Shown here piece by piece: positions 8,938 to 17,989 of a stretch of DNA of 64,000 bases. How positions within the stretch are numbered: position 1 is the stretch's first letter; each line of letters begins with the position of its first letter. The stretch is from Spirosomataceae bacterium. GTDB lineage: Bacteria; Bacteroidota; Bacteroidia; Cytophagales; Spirosomataceae. The position numbers and the translations under genes were made by a program. The notes below the pieces were generated by a model. That model was not told where the DNA came from, did not search any database, and saw nothing but the letters and a program-made list of their open reading frames with translations. The stretch is taken from contig JBKBRQ010000001.1 in the NCBI GenBank assembly GCA_046292055.1, positions 24,108 through 88,107 of the forward strand, written 5' to 3'.

Positions 8938-10542
8938 ATGCATAAAGTAATTTTTTTTTCATCATTTATCTCGATTATATTATCCGGATGTGCACAATTT
9001 GTACCACCAACAGGAGGAAAAAAAGACACAACTCCTCCAAAATTGCTTAGTAGCTATCCAGAAAATAAAGCACTGAACAGTCAAACTCGATTTATCCAAT
9101 TGGAATTTGATGAAGCAATTGATGTAAACACATTAAAACAAGAGCTTTCAGTATCACCTGAACTAGAAGGTGGCTATGATATAAAAAGTAAATTAACCAG
9201 TGTAGAGCTAAAACTGAATCAAAAGTTAAGAGATAGCACTACTTACACATTTAACTTTAAAAATGGAATCAAGGATTTAAACGAAAAAAATCCAGCAAAA
9301 AACTTAAGACTTGTTTTTTCTACAGGTAATAAAATTGATTCACTCGGTTTAACAGGAAAGGTGATTGATTTATTTACCAAAAAAAATGTAGGTGAAACAA
9401 CAGTTGGATTATATGACTTAACACGACAAGATACAATTCCATATTACACGAGAAAACCAGATTATTTTGTAAAAACAGACAGTGCAGGAATATACAGATT
9501 TGAGAATATCAGAGATGGCTTATTCCGAGTTTTGGCTTTTCAAGATAAAAATAACAATCTATTACCCGAATTTGGAACTGAAAAAGCTGGGTTTATTAAA
9601 GATACACTAAAGTTAAAAACGCAATTTGAAGATAAGCAAATTGAACTTTTTACAGCAGATTCGGACACAGTTACTATTAAAAAAAGAACACCACGAGCGA
9701 ATACATTTATTCTTGGAGTTAGCAAACCTATTAAGGATGTACAGTTAGTATCAAAAAATGATTCAATAAAGTATTCATTTACAACTACGGAAATAACATT
9801 TTACAAAGATGTTAACAGACAACTAGATAGTTTATCCGTTCAATTGGTGGTTACAGATTCGACCAATCGGCTAAGCCACATAAATGAGAAAATTAAGTTC
9901 CTAACTAGTTCATCCACTAAAAAAACAAATACGGAAGTAAGTTGGACATCAAGACCTGAATCCAGAAAGCAAGTTGTCGAGCTAAATGAAATAAAAATTA
10001 AAACACAAGTTCCAATAGAAAAAATTGAAACAACTAAAATAGTAATACGGAAAGACACTATAAATGATATACCTTTTGAACTAACTAAAATTACAGACAC
10101 CGATTTTTTAATTACACTAGCCTCATCAATTACACAAAAAGAGAAAATTGAAATTAGTATAAATGATGGAGCACTGACTTCAGTTTTAGGAGATACCAAT
10201 ACAACTAAGAAAGTCGAGATAAATGTACTACCCAAAAGTGAAACCGGTCAACTCACACTTGTACTCGGAAAAGAATGTACAACTTGTTTTGTCGAACTCC
10301 TTGATGCATCAAATTTATCTGTTATAAGAAAAGAGAAGATACGGACGAAAATTGTCCTACCCAATTTGATCAGCGGAGACTACAGATTTAGAATCATTGA
10401 AGATATCAATGAAAATACGTTTTGGGATAATGGGGACCTCAAAAATAACATTTTACCCGAAAATATCTATTTTCATCCTGAAGTCATCAAAATAAAAACC
10501 AATTTTGAAATTGAGCAACAAATTGCCAATTTCCCCAAATAG
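8938..10542 (+). CDS. Ig-like (SbsA/Big_5-type) domain lipoprotein
   Basis: Lipobox ILSGC, then FVPPTGGKKDTTPPKLL, typical of Bacteroidota Ig-like-domain lipoproteins. The rest is beta-rich. Confidence 0.6.
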   Translation: MHKVIFFSSFISIILSGCAQFVPPTGGKKDTTPPKLLSSYPENKALNSQTRFIQLEFDEAIDVNTLKQELSVSPELEGGYDIKSKLTSVELKLNQKLRDSTTYTFNFKNGIKDLNEKNPAKNLRLVFSTGNKIDSLGLTGKVIDLFTKKNVGETTVGLYDLTRQDTIPYYTRKPDYFVKTDSAGIYRFENIRDGLFRVLAFQDKNNNLLPEFGTEKAGFIKDTLKLKTQFEDKQIELFTADSDTVTIKKRTPRANTFILGVSKPIKDVQLVSKNDSIKYSFTTTEITFYKDVNRQLDSLSVQLVVTDSTNRLSHINEKIKFLTSSSTKKTNTEVSWTSRPESRKQVVELNEIKIKTQVPIEKIETTKIVIRKDTINDIPFELTKITDTDFLITLASSITQKEKIEISINDGALTSVLGDTNTTKKVEINVLPKSETGQLTLVLGKECTTCFVELLDASNLSVIRKEKIRTKIVLPNLISGDYRFRIIEDINENTFWDNGDLKNNILPENIYFHPEVIKIKTNFEIEQQIANFPK

Positions 10543-10915
10543 GATAGTGGATAAGTATGTGTATAACTCTAATAAATACGTTGAAAACAAGTGTATAACT
10601 TTTCACTAAGTGTGTACAAACATTCTACAATGTGTATAAGTATTAAAACTTCTAGGTTATTAACATACAGTACACAGTCTATCCACGTGGAAAAAGTATG
10701 TGAATAACATAAATTAAATTGTTAATTAATAATTGGAAGTAATACACAAAATTTATATTTACTTTATTATCAACAACTTAATAGTGGATAAGATGAGTAC
10801 TTATTCACATCTGAAAAAATAAGGTGTGTACAAAAATGTATATTTAATCCACAATAAAATCTAATCAACATATCAACAGTCCTAATAGAATATAATAATA
10901 AAAATTTAAAAAAAT
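10543..10915. other. candidate oriC: DnaA-box cluster plus AT-rich unwinding tract
   Basis: 12 DnaA-box variants with 2 or fewer mismatches, in both orientations, between 10546 and 10853. A GC clamp sits at 10878-10882, followed by a 27-nt pure A/T run at 10889-10915. No ORF is present. Confidence 0.6.
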
Positions 10916-12721
10916 ATGATTGTTATTAGAGTATCCCTTATTCTTCTTTTTTGTATTTCTTCTTTATTGCTTTCAGGACAATCATATGATCTAGCGAAGG
11001 AATATTTAAAACAAGGTGATTTGAGTAAAGCAGAAAATGAATTTGAAAGTATTGTTCGAAAAAAAAATAATCTGGATATTATCTATCCAGATTATTTACA
11101 GTTGTTAATAAAATTGAGGAAATTTGAAAAAGCTCAAAAACTTATTCAAAGTCAAATAAAGACGAATCCGACCAAGATTACTTTTTACGTTGACTTAGAA
11201 AATATTCAATGGCTGATGAATAACATTGAAGAAGCAAAACTTACAAAACAAAGGTATATTCTACTTGCAAGTCAAAATGACCAGATGGTTTATGAAATTC
11301 AAAATAAATATTATGTCGAAGGTAAATTCAGTGAATTAGTGGATTTTCTTAAAGAAGTTCAGTTAAGTCAAACGATACCACATAAATTTGGAATTCAGCT
11401 TGCTCGTGCCTACTTGTTTAATGGACAAAAAAATAAAATGCTAACTGAATTATTAAATTGGGGTTTACTTAACGGAAATGTTGATTACATTCGAAATAAC
11501 TTAACTGATAACTTCAAAACAAATGATGAATTAGGTTTAGTAGAGAAAACCTTGTTTGATTTGATTCAGCAAAAACCAAATGAAGTTTTTTATAATGAAA
11601 TGCTGATTTGGTTTTACACAACACAAAAAGATTTTAAAAAGGCCTTTCGGTTTGGTAAAGCACTTGATAAGCGATTAAAACTGAATGGACAGAACTTGTT
11701 AGATTTGGGTTTATTGGCTTTTAATAATGAAGGGTATCTTGAGGCACAAGAAATTTTCTCATATCTAAGTCTGGAATATAAAAACACTTCTCTTTTTCAG
11801 ATTTCAACATATTGGTTAATACAATCGAGAGAAAAGATAATTAAAAATACATTTCCTATTAAGAAAGAAGACTTAATCTCGCTTAGGAATGAATACCAGT
11901 CGCTCAGGGCAACGATTATGCAAAATGCGGTGTCCTATGACATTACACGTAATTTAGCTCTGCTGGAGGCATTTTATCTGGACAATAAAATGGTTGCAAT
12001 CCAATTGCTTGAAGATTTAATAGCCAACCCTGATATAAATACGCTTTTAAAAGATCAATGTAAAATTGATTTAGCCGATATCTATCTTTTAAATGATGAA
12101 GCTTGGGAGTCGAGCTTATTATATATGCAAGTTGAAAAGTCGCAAAAAGAGAATCCATTGGCTGAAACAGCAAAATTAAAAAACGCCAAACTCTACTATT
12201 TCCAATCTGAATTTGAGTTAGCAAAAGAAATATTAGACATACTTAAAAAGGCTACAACAAGAGAAATCGCTAATGATGCTATTAAATTAGCTTTACATAT
12301 TCAGGAAAATATAGGTGATGATTCGGTTTCAACCCATTTACAAAGTTTTTCAAAAGCTGAACTACTCCTTTTTCAAAATAAATACAACGAAGCAGACCAA
12401 ATTTTAGATTCCTTATTTGCTGTCTCAAAAGAGTTATCTATTGCTGATGATATTTTATGGACAAGAAGTGAGATTGCCTTAAAATTAGGTAGGTATGACG
12501 CATCAATTAAGTTATTAGAAGAAATAAGTCAAAATTATGGGTTTGATACACTAGCAGACGATGCCGTTTATCAAGCAGCGATGATTGAAATGAATTATCT
12601 GAAAAACCCTGTTAGGGCAACCGAACTTTACGAGAAAATTATCTTTACATATCCAGGAAGTGTATTTACTGTAGATGCAAGGAAGAAGGTCCGAGAATTA
12701 AGAGGAGATAAGTTAGAGTGA
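10916..12721 (+). CDS. tetratricopeptide-repeat protein with signal peptide
   Basis: N-terminal hydrophobic leader, and repeated A/Y/L-spaced helical-hairpin pattern throughout. Confidence 0.65.
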   Translation: MIVIRVSLILLFCISSLLLSGQSYDLAKEYLKQGDLSKAENEFESIVRKKNNLDIIYPDYLQLLIKLRKFEKAQKLIQSQIKTNPTKITFYVDLENIQWLMNNIEEAKLTKQRYILLASQNDQMVYEIQNKYYVEGKFSELVDFLKEVQLSQTIPHKFGIQLARAYLFNGQKNKMLTELLNWGLLNGNVDYIRNNLTDNFKTNDELGLVEKTLFDLIQQKPNEVFYNEMLIWFYTTQKDFKKAFRFGKALDKRLKLNGQNLLDLGLLAFNNEGYLEAQEIFSYLSLEYKNTSLFQISTYWLIQSREKIIKNTFPIKKEDLISLRNEYQSLRATIMQNAVSYDITRNLALLEAFYLDNKMVAIQLLEDLIANPDINTLLKDQCKIDLADIYLLNDEAWESSLLYMQVEKSQKENPLAETAKLKNAKLYYFQSEFELAKEILDILKKATTREIANDAIKLALHIQENIGDDSVSTHLQSFSKAELLLFQNKYNEADQILDSLFAVSKELSIADDILWTRSEIALKLGRYDASIKLLEEISQNYGFDTLADDAVYQAAMIEMNYLKNPVRATELYEKIIFTYPGSVFTVDARKKVRELRGDKLE

Positions 12722-12766
12722 AAGGACAAAAAAAAGTTCATCAATGAAAGTATATTGTAGTTTTCC

Positions 12767-12774
12767 TATCTTTG
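12767..12774 (+). promoter_or_regulatory. Bacteroidota -7 box TAtcTTTG (accD promoter)
   Basis: Exact TAnnTTTG, 26 nt upstream of the accD ATG. Confidence 0.5.
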
Positions 12775-12799
12775 CATAATCATCTAATCTATTTATCGT

Positions 12800-13645
12800 A
12801 TGTCATGGTTCAAAAGAACAGATAAGGGTATTCAGACACCAACAGAACTAAAGAGAGAAGTTCCAGATGGTTTGTGGTATCAATGCTCTAGTTGTAAAAA
12901 TGTAATGCACACACGTGAACATAAACTAAACTCGTTTACTTGTATTCATTGCAATTATCATGAAAAAATAGGTTCTGAGGCTTATTTTCAATTATTATTT
13001 GATGAAGGAGTTTATACAGAAATAGACGCTACATTACACTCAGGAGACCCACTTCAGTTTATCGACACAAAAGCGTACCCTGATAGATTACGTGCAACAG
13101 AGGCTAAATCAGGATTAAAAGATGCTGTCAGAACGGCTCATGGCTTTATGAATGGTGTAAATCTAACCATTTGCTGCATGGATTTTGGCTTTATTGGTGG
13201 ATCAATGGGCTCGGTTGTTGGAGAAAAAATTGCACGCGGTATTGATTTTTCTATCAAAAATAAACTACCGTTTTTGATGATTTCAAAATCGGGTGGTGCA
13301 AGAATGATGGAAGCAGGCTTTTCGCTTATGCAAATGGCAAAAACCTCTGCTAAACTTGCTTTACTTGCAGAGAATAAACTGCCTTACATTTCACTTCTTA
13401 CAGACCCAACTACCGGTGGTGTAACAGCTTCTTATGCGATGTTAGGTGACTTTAACATTGCAGAGCCTGGTTCATTGATTGGTTTTGCAGGTCCTCGTGT
13501 AATCAAAGAAACTATTGGAAAGGATTTACCAAAAGGTTTTCAAACAGCTGAATTTGTATTGGAGCATGGATTCTTAGATTTTATTGTGGATAGAAAAGAT
13601 ATGAAAGATAAGTTATCGTCTTTATTATCTCTCCTTCACGCATAA
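12800..13645 (+). CDS. accD: acetyl-CoA carboxylase carboxyltransferase subunit beta
   Basis: MSWFKR start, Zn ribbon CSSCKN...CIHCNYH, and [11 protein letters not shown]. Confidence 0.96.
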   Translation: MSWFKRTDKGIQTPTELKREVPDGLWYQCSSCKNVMHTREHKLNSFTCIHCNYHEKIGSEAYFQLLFDEGVYTEIDATLHSGDPLQFIDTKAYPDRLRATEAKSGLKDAVRTAHGFMNGVNLTICCMDFGFIGGSMGSVVGEKIARGIDFSIKNKLPFLMISKSGGARMMEAGFSLMQMAKTSAKLALLAENKLPYISLLTDPTTGGVTASYAMLGDFNIAEPGSLIGFAGPRVIKETIGKDLPKGFQTAEFVLEHGFLDFIVDRKDMKDKLSSLLSLLHA

Positions 13646-13674
13646 ATTATTCATATTCGTTTACCTTTATATAG

Positions 13675-13699
13675 TTATCCACATAAAACATGTGGATAA
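13675..13699. promoter_or_regulatory. inverted pair of perfect DnaA boxes (TTATCCACA 13675-13683, TGTGGATAA 13691-13699); also a hairpin that may terminate accD
   Basis: TTATCCACAT-AAAAC-ATGTGGATAA followed by TTTTATTT. Both boxes match 9/9. Confidence 0.6.
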
Positions 13700-13720
13700 T
13701 TTTATTTATCAACAAACTAG

Positions 13721-14878
13721 ATGAACAGACATATTGCAATTTTAGGTTCTACGGGTTCTATCGGTACACAAGCTTTACAAGTTATTTCTGAACACCCCGA
13801 TAAGTTTACAGTAGAAGTGCTAACTGCACAATCGAATGCTAACTTATTAATTGAGCAGGCAAGAGTTTTTGTGCCTAATGTTGTTGTTATCGGTGACGAA
13901 GCACACTATGAATTAGTAAAATCTAGCTTATCTGATTTACCCATCAAGGTATATACAGGTGCAAATGCACTTAACCAGGTTGTAACAATAGAATCTGTTC
14001 ATATTGTTCTTACGGCTTTAGTGGGTTATGCAGGATTGATTCCAACTGTTCATGCAATACGGGCAAAAAAACACATAGCTCTTGCAAACAAAGAAACACT
14101 TGTTGTTGCTGGGGAATTAATCACTGAGTTAGCTAGAGAAAATGGTGTGGATATTTTACCAGTTGATTCTGAACATTCAGCTATATTCCAATGTCTGTCA
14201 GGAGAATTTCATAATAAGATTGAAAAAATAATTTTAACGGCCTCTGGTGGTCCATTCCGGGGGAAGGATAAATCACTTTTAAGTTCAGTAACTAAAGAAC
14301 AAGCTTTAAAACACCCTAACTGGTCTATGGGGGCAAAAATTACCATTGATTCTGCCTCATTAATGAACAAAGGACTTGAAGTAATCGAAGCTAAATGGTT
14401 ATTTGATTTGGCACCAAGTCAAATAGAAGTAATTGTTCATCCGCAATCAATCATTCATTCTTTGGTTCAGTTTGAAGATGGGAGTATAAAAGCCCAAATG
14501 GGGTTGCCAGATATGAAACTACCGATTCAATATGCGTTAGCTTATCCTAATAGAATTTCATCTCTTTCTCGTCGTTTTTCTTTTACAGATTATCCAACGT
14601 TAACATTTGAGCAACCTGATTTAGAGACTTTCCAAAATCTTACTTTAGCTTATGAAGCTCTAGAAAAAGGAGGGAATATGCCTTGCATTTTGAACGCAGC
14701 AAACGAAATTGCAGTCAATGCTTTTTTAAATGATCAGATTTCATTTTTAGGTATGTCTGATTTAATTTCCAGTTGCATGCAAAAAATTTCTTTTATCAAG
14801 CAACCGATATTAGAAGATTATATTCAGACAGATGAGATAACAAGAAGAAAAGCAATTGAATTATTACAAAGTATATGA
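13721..14878 (+). CDS. dxr: 1-deoxy-D-xylulose 5-phosphate reductoisomerase
   Basis: ILGSTGSIGTQAL NADPH motif, and ...NKGLEVIEA... Confidence 0.97.
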   Translation: MNRHIAILGSTGSIGTQALQVISEHPDKFTVEVLTAQSNANLLIEQARVFVPNVVVIGDEAHYELVKSSLSDLPIKVYTGANALNQVVTIESVHIVLTALVGYAGLIPTVHAIRAKKHIALANKETLVVAGELITELARENGVDILPVDSEHSAIFQCLSGEFHNKIEKIILTASGGPFRGKDKSLLSSVTKEQALKHPNWSMGAKITIDSASLMNKGLEVIEAKWLFDLAPSQIEVIVHPQSIIHSLVQFEDGSIKAQMGLPDMKLPIQYALAYPNRISSLSRRFSFTDYPTLTFEQPDLETFQNLTLAYEALEKGGNMPCILNAANEIAVNAFLNDQISFLGMSDLISSCMQKISFIKQPILEDYIQTDEITRRKAIELLQSI

Positions 14879-15600
14879 AAAAACCATTTCACATAATTTA
14901 CGAAGACAATCACCTGATTTTAGTCAACAAAGCAGCTGGTGTTTTGGTACATGAAGATAAAACCGGTGATAAAACGCTAGGAGATTATGTAAAAGAGTAT
15001 TTAAAAGTTAAGTACGATAAACCAGGGGATGTATTTTTAGGAACGATACATCGTTTAGATAGACCAGTTAGTGGATTGGTTATTTTTGCAAAAACCTCGA
15101 AAGCTCTTGAAAGAATGAACGAGTTATTTCGCAAAAGAGACATTCAGAAAACATATTGGGCAATTACTAAGCGTAAACCAGAAAAAAAAGCAGGAAAATT
15201 AACGCATTGGCTTGTAAAAAATAACGAAAAAAATACAGTTACTGCTCACAAATTTGAAGTTGAAAACGCACTGAAAGCAGAGCTTAATTATAGATACTTA
15301 GGCACGATTAATAAATTTCACTTAATTGAAATCGAACCAATTACAGGTAGACCACATCAAATTAGAGTACAACTTGCGTCTATAGGTTGCCCGATTAGAG
15401 GAGATGTAAAGTATGGATACCCTGAAGGCAATAGAGATGGTAGTATAAATCTTCATGCAAGAAGAATCTATTTTATACATCCGGTAAAGAAAGAGCCAAT
15501 AATTTGTAAAGCGGCAGTACCTGAAATTTCTTTCTGGGAAGAATTTTTAGAGTTAGATAAAGAGGATGTTAAAGATGAAAACTTGGATTTTCTCTATTAA
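14875..15600 (+). CDS. RluA-family RNA pseudouridine synthase
   Basis: HRLDRPVSGLVIFAKT catalytic motif. ATGA overlap with the dxr stop. Confidence 0.88.
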   Translation: MKKPFHIIYEDNHLILVNKAAGVLVHEDKTGDKTLGDYVKEYLKVKYDKPGDVFLGTIHRLDRPVSGLVIFAKTSKALERMNELFRKRDIQKTYWAITKRKPEKKAGKLTHWLVKNNEKNTVTAHKFEVENALKAELNYRYLGTINKFHLIEIEPITGRPHQIRVQLASIGCPIRGDVKYGYPEGNRDGSINLHARRIYFIHPVKKEPIICKAAVPEISFWEEFLELDKEDVKDENLDFLY

Positions 15601-15764
15601 AATTGAGCCTCTTCTTTTTGTAGGATATCTTCCTTTGCTTGTAAATATACTTTCTTTATCCCTTCAATTACGCCAACAAAAATAGCAAGCGGAACAGTTA
15701 TAGGAACAAACATAATCCATTGGAATAGTCTGTAAAAGTTTATGTATCGTTTCATATTCATCAT
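15597..15764 (-). CDS. unannotated 55-aa single-pass membrane protein (candidate)
   Basis: My own translation is MMNMKRYINFYRLFQWIMFVPITVPLAIFVGVIEGIKKVYLQAKEDILQKEEAQF*. It has one hydrophobic helix. A TAtaTTTG -7 box (reverse complement of 15786-15793) lies ~21 nt upstream. It is below the track's 60-aa cutoff. Confidence 0.35.
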   Translation of the reverse strand: MMNMKRYINFYRLFQWIMFVPITVPLAIFVGVIEGIKKVYLQAKEDILQKEEAQF

Positions 15765-15815
15765 ATAGGTTTATCAAACTTCCAACAAATATAGAATTAT
15801 CTTATGATTTTATAT

Positions 15816-15846
15816 AAAAATAGGGCTAAAATTTAGCCCTATTTTT
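15816..15846. terminator. bidirectional intrinsic terminator after nagB (AAAAATAGGGCTAAA / TTTAGCCCTATTTTT)
   Basis: Near-perfect palindrome flanked by A- and T-tracts. Confidence 0.75.
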
Positions 15847-15851
15847 ATATT

Positions 15852-17774
15852 TTAGTACTTCCATCTTACAAAAGCTTCCATTGCTTGATACTCAGCAAGT
15901 CCCAATTGATTATACAATCGAGCTGTTGCTTCGTTTCTTTCTTCTGCTCTTTGCCAAAATTCTCTTGTATCAGAACCTTGAAATACTACACCATCTTTTT
16001 GAGATTGATGTTTGAAAATACCATATCTTTTCTGTAAAACTTGGTCTGGACTCATTGGAACTGCCATTTCGATTTCATGTATGTCCCATTCTGCCCAAGC
16101 TCCTCTGTATAACCAGACCCAACAATCTTCCATGAATTCTTCTTCTTTAAGTGTTTCAACAGATGTTAGTACGGCATCAAGACATACTTTATGGGTACCA
16201 TGTGGATCTGCTAAATCACCAGCAGCGTAGATTTGGTGAGGTCGGACTTTTTCTATTGTATTTTTTACAATATCAATATCAATTTGACTCAATGGTTTTT
16301 TCTGAATTGTTCCGGTTTCATAAAAAGGCATATCAAGAAAATGAACATTTATACTCGGTATTCCTATGTGTCTACAAGTAGCTTTTGCTTCACCTCTTCT
16401 AATTATCCCCTTTACTTTTCTGATGACTTCATTATCTACTTCACTATTTTTCTTATCAGAAAGGTATTTTTTGGCTTCGTTGAAATTAGCAATTGTTTCA
16501 GGGCTGTCAATATAAAATTGATGGTTATAGTCAACAACAAAATCTATAAACCGGAGTGCTTCGTCATCTGCAACAGCAATATTACCAGATGTTTGGTAAG
16601 CAACATGCACATCATGCCCTTGGTCCACTAATCTTTGGAAAGTACCACCCATTGAGATAATATCGTCATCTGGATGCGGACTAAAAATCAGCACTCTTTT
16701 CTTCGAAGGGTTGGCTCTTTCTGGTCTATTTTTATCATCCGCATTCGGTTTCCCGCCAGGCCAACCAGTGATTGTATATTGTAATTGATTGAAAATCTCA
16801 ATATTTATTTCATATGCTTGTCCATGTTGAGCAAGTAAATCACTCAATCCATTATCATTGTAATCTTTATTTGTAAGCTTAAGAATAGGTTTATTTAAAG
16901 TTAGTGATAATGTAGTCACTGCTTTTTTCACCATCAAAGGTGTCCACTCTACATCTTCGACCAACCAAGGTGTTTTAATTCTTTTTAGGTTAGAAGCCGC
17001 AGCTTCATCAACTACAAATAGGGCATTTGGATGAGTTTGTAAGTAAGAGGCAGGATTTTGTTCACTAACTATACCTTCAACTGCTTCAGCGATTTTATCT
17101 GCTTTTCTTTCTCCCCAGGCTAATAATACAATTCTTTTTGCATTCAAAATTTTGGATACACCTAAAGTGATTGCTTTTTTAGGGACTTTAGATAATTCTC
17201 CACTGAAGTCCATCGTCGCGGCAACTCTTGTTGAATGATCAAGCATCATTAATCTCGTTTTAGAGTTAATTAATGAGCCAGGTTCGTTAAATCCTATATG
17301 ACCGTTGCCACCAATACCAAGAAGTTGGAAGTCTAGTCCACCTAATTGATCAATTTTTCGTTCATATTCTAGACAATATTCACTAATCCTTTCTTGTGGT
17401 ATTGTTCCATCCGGGATAAAATAGTTTTCTTTTGGAATGTCTACATGATCAAATAATTGCTCTTTCATAAATCTCCAATAGCTTTGAACTGCATTGGGTT
17501 CCATTGGATAGTATTCATCCAGATTAAATGAAATTACATTTTGGAAACTTAATCCATCCTCTCTATGCATGCGAATCAGCTCCGCATAGACTGTTTTGGG
17601 AGAGGAGCCCGTTGCAAGTCCTAGAATACATTTTTGACCTTGCCTTTGTTTTTCTTTGATTAACTCTGCAATTTCTAATGCAACAGACTTTGAAGCATCT
17701 TTTGGGTCTTTAAAGATACGGGTTGGGATTTTTTCATAAGCAATTGGCTCACGAAGAATGGTTTGTTTTTGCAT
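15852..17774 (-). CDS. nagB: glucosamine-6-phosphate deaminase, long Bacteroidota form with C-terminal LmbE/PIG-L-like domain
   Basis: LGLATGSSPKTVY and IGGNGHIGFNEPGS (NagB), then VLIFSPHPDDDIISMGGT (LmbE-like). Confidence 0.93.
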   Translation of the reverse strand: MQKQTILREPIAYEKIPTRIFKDPKDASKSVALEIAELIKEKQRQGQKCILGLATGSSPKTVYAELIRMHREDGLSFQNVISFNLDEYYPMEPNAVQSYWRFMKEQLFDHVDIPKENYFIPDGTIPQERISEYCLEYERKIDQLGGLDFQLLGIGGNGHIGFNEPGSLINSKTRLMMLDHSTRVAATMDFSGELSKVPKKAITLGVSKILNAKRIVLLAWGERKADKIAEAVEGIVSEQNPASYLQTHPNALFVVDEAAASNLKRIKTPWLVEDVEWTPLMVKKAVTTLSLTLNKPILKLTNKDYNDNGLSDLLAQHGQAYEINIEIFNQLQYTITGWPGGKPNADDKNRPERANPSKKRVLIFSPHPDDDIISMGGTFQRLVDQGHDVHVAYQTSGNIAVADDEALRFIDFVVDYNHQFYIDSPETIANFNEAKKYLSDKKNSEVDNEVIRKVKGIIRRGEAKATCRHIGIPSINVHFLDMPFYETGTIQKKPLSQIDIDIVKNTIEKVRPHQIYAAGDLADPHGTHKVCLDAVLTSVETLKEEEFMEDCWVWLYRGAWAEWDIHEIEMAVPMSPDQVLQKRYGIFKHQSQKDGVVFQGSDTREFWQRAEERNEATARLYNQLGLAEYQAMEAFVRWKY

Positions 17775-17790
17775 AATTGTCTAGACAATT
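17775..17790. promoter_or_regulatory. perfect 16-bp palindrome AATTGTCTAGACAATT, candidate GntR/HutC (NagR/DasR-like) operator
   Basis: Directly abuts the nagB start codon. The core GTcTAgAC fits the HutC-family GT-N-TA-N-AC signature. Confidence 0.45.
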
Positions 17791-17989
17791 TAATGATGAA
17801 CAAATTTCTATAATTATAAATTAATATAAAATAGTTTCTTATATTTTTAATTTATTTTAAAATACCTCCTGTGTAATTTGCCAAACTAATCCTCATTTAG
17901 AATCGTTTAAATGGAGTTACTCTAGTTATCCATACATACATTATCATTTCATCTTAGTTTATTCTGAATGATAAGTTATCAATCTTAAA

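Noticed and set aside
10679-10694. CTATCCACGTGGAAAA inside the oriC candidate looks like a parS core (CCACGTGGAA).
   Set aside because: The match is only 12/16, with both outer arms mismatched. It is more simply read as one of the DnaA-box variants (cTATCCACg). It is worth re-examining only if ParB ChIP shows signal there.
15852-17774. The 640-aa NagB with an extra LmbE/PIG-L-like C-terminal domain, considered as an unusual fusion.
   Set aside because: The long fused form is the common Bacteroidota NagB, so it is lineage-typical.
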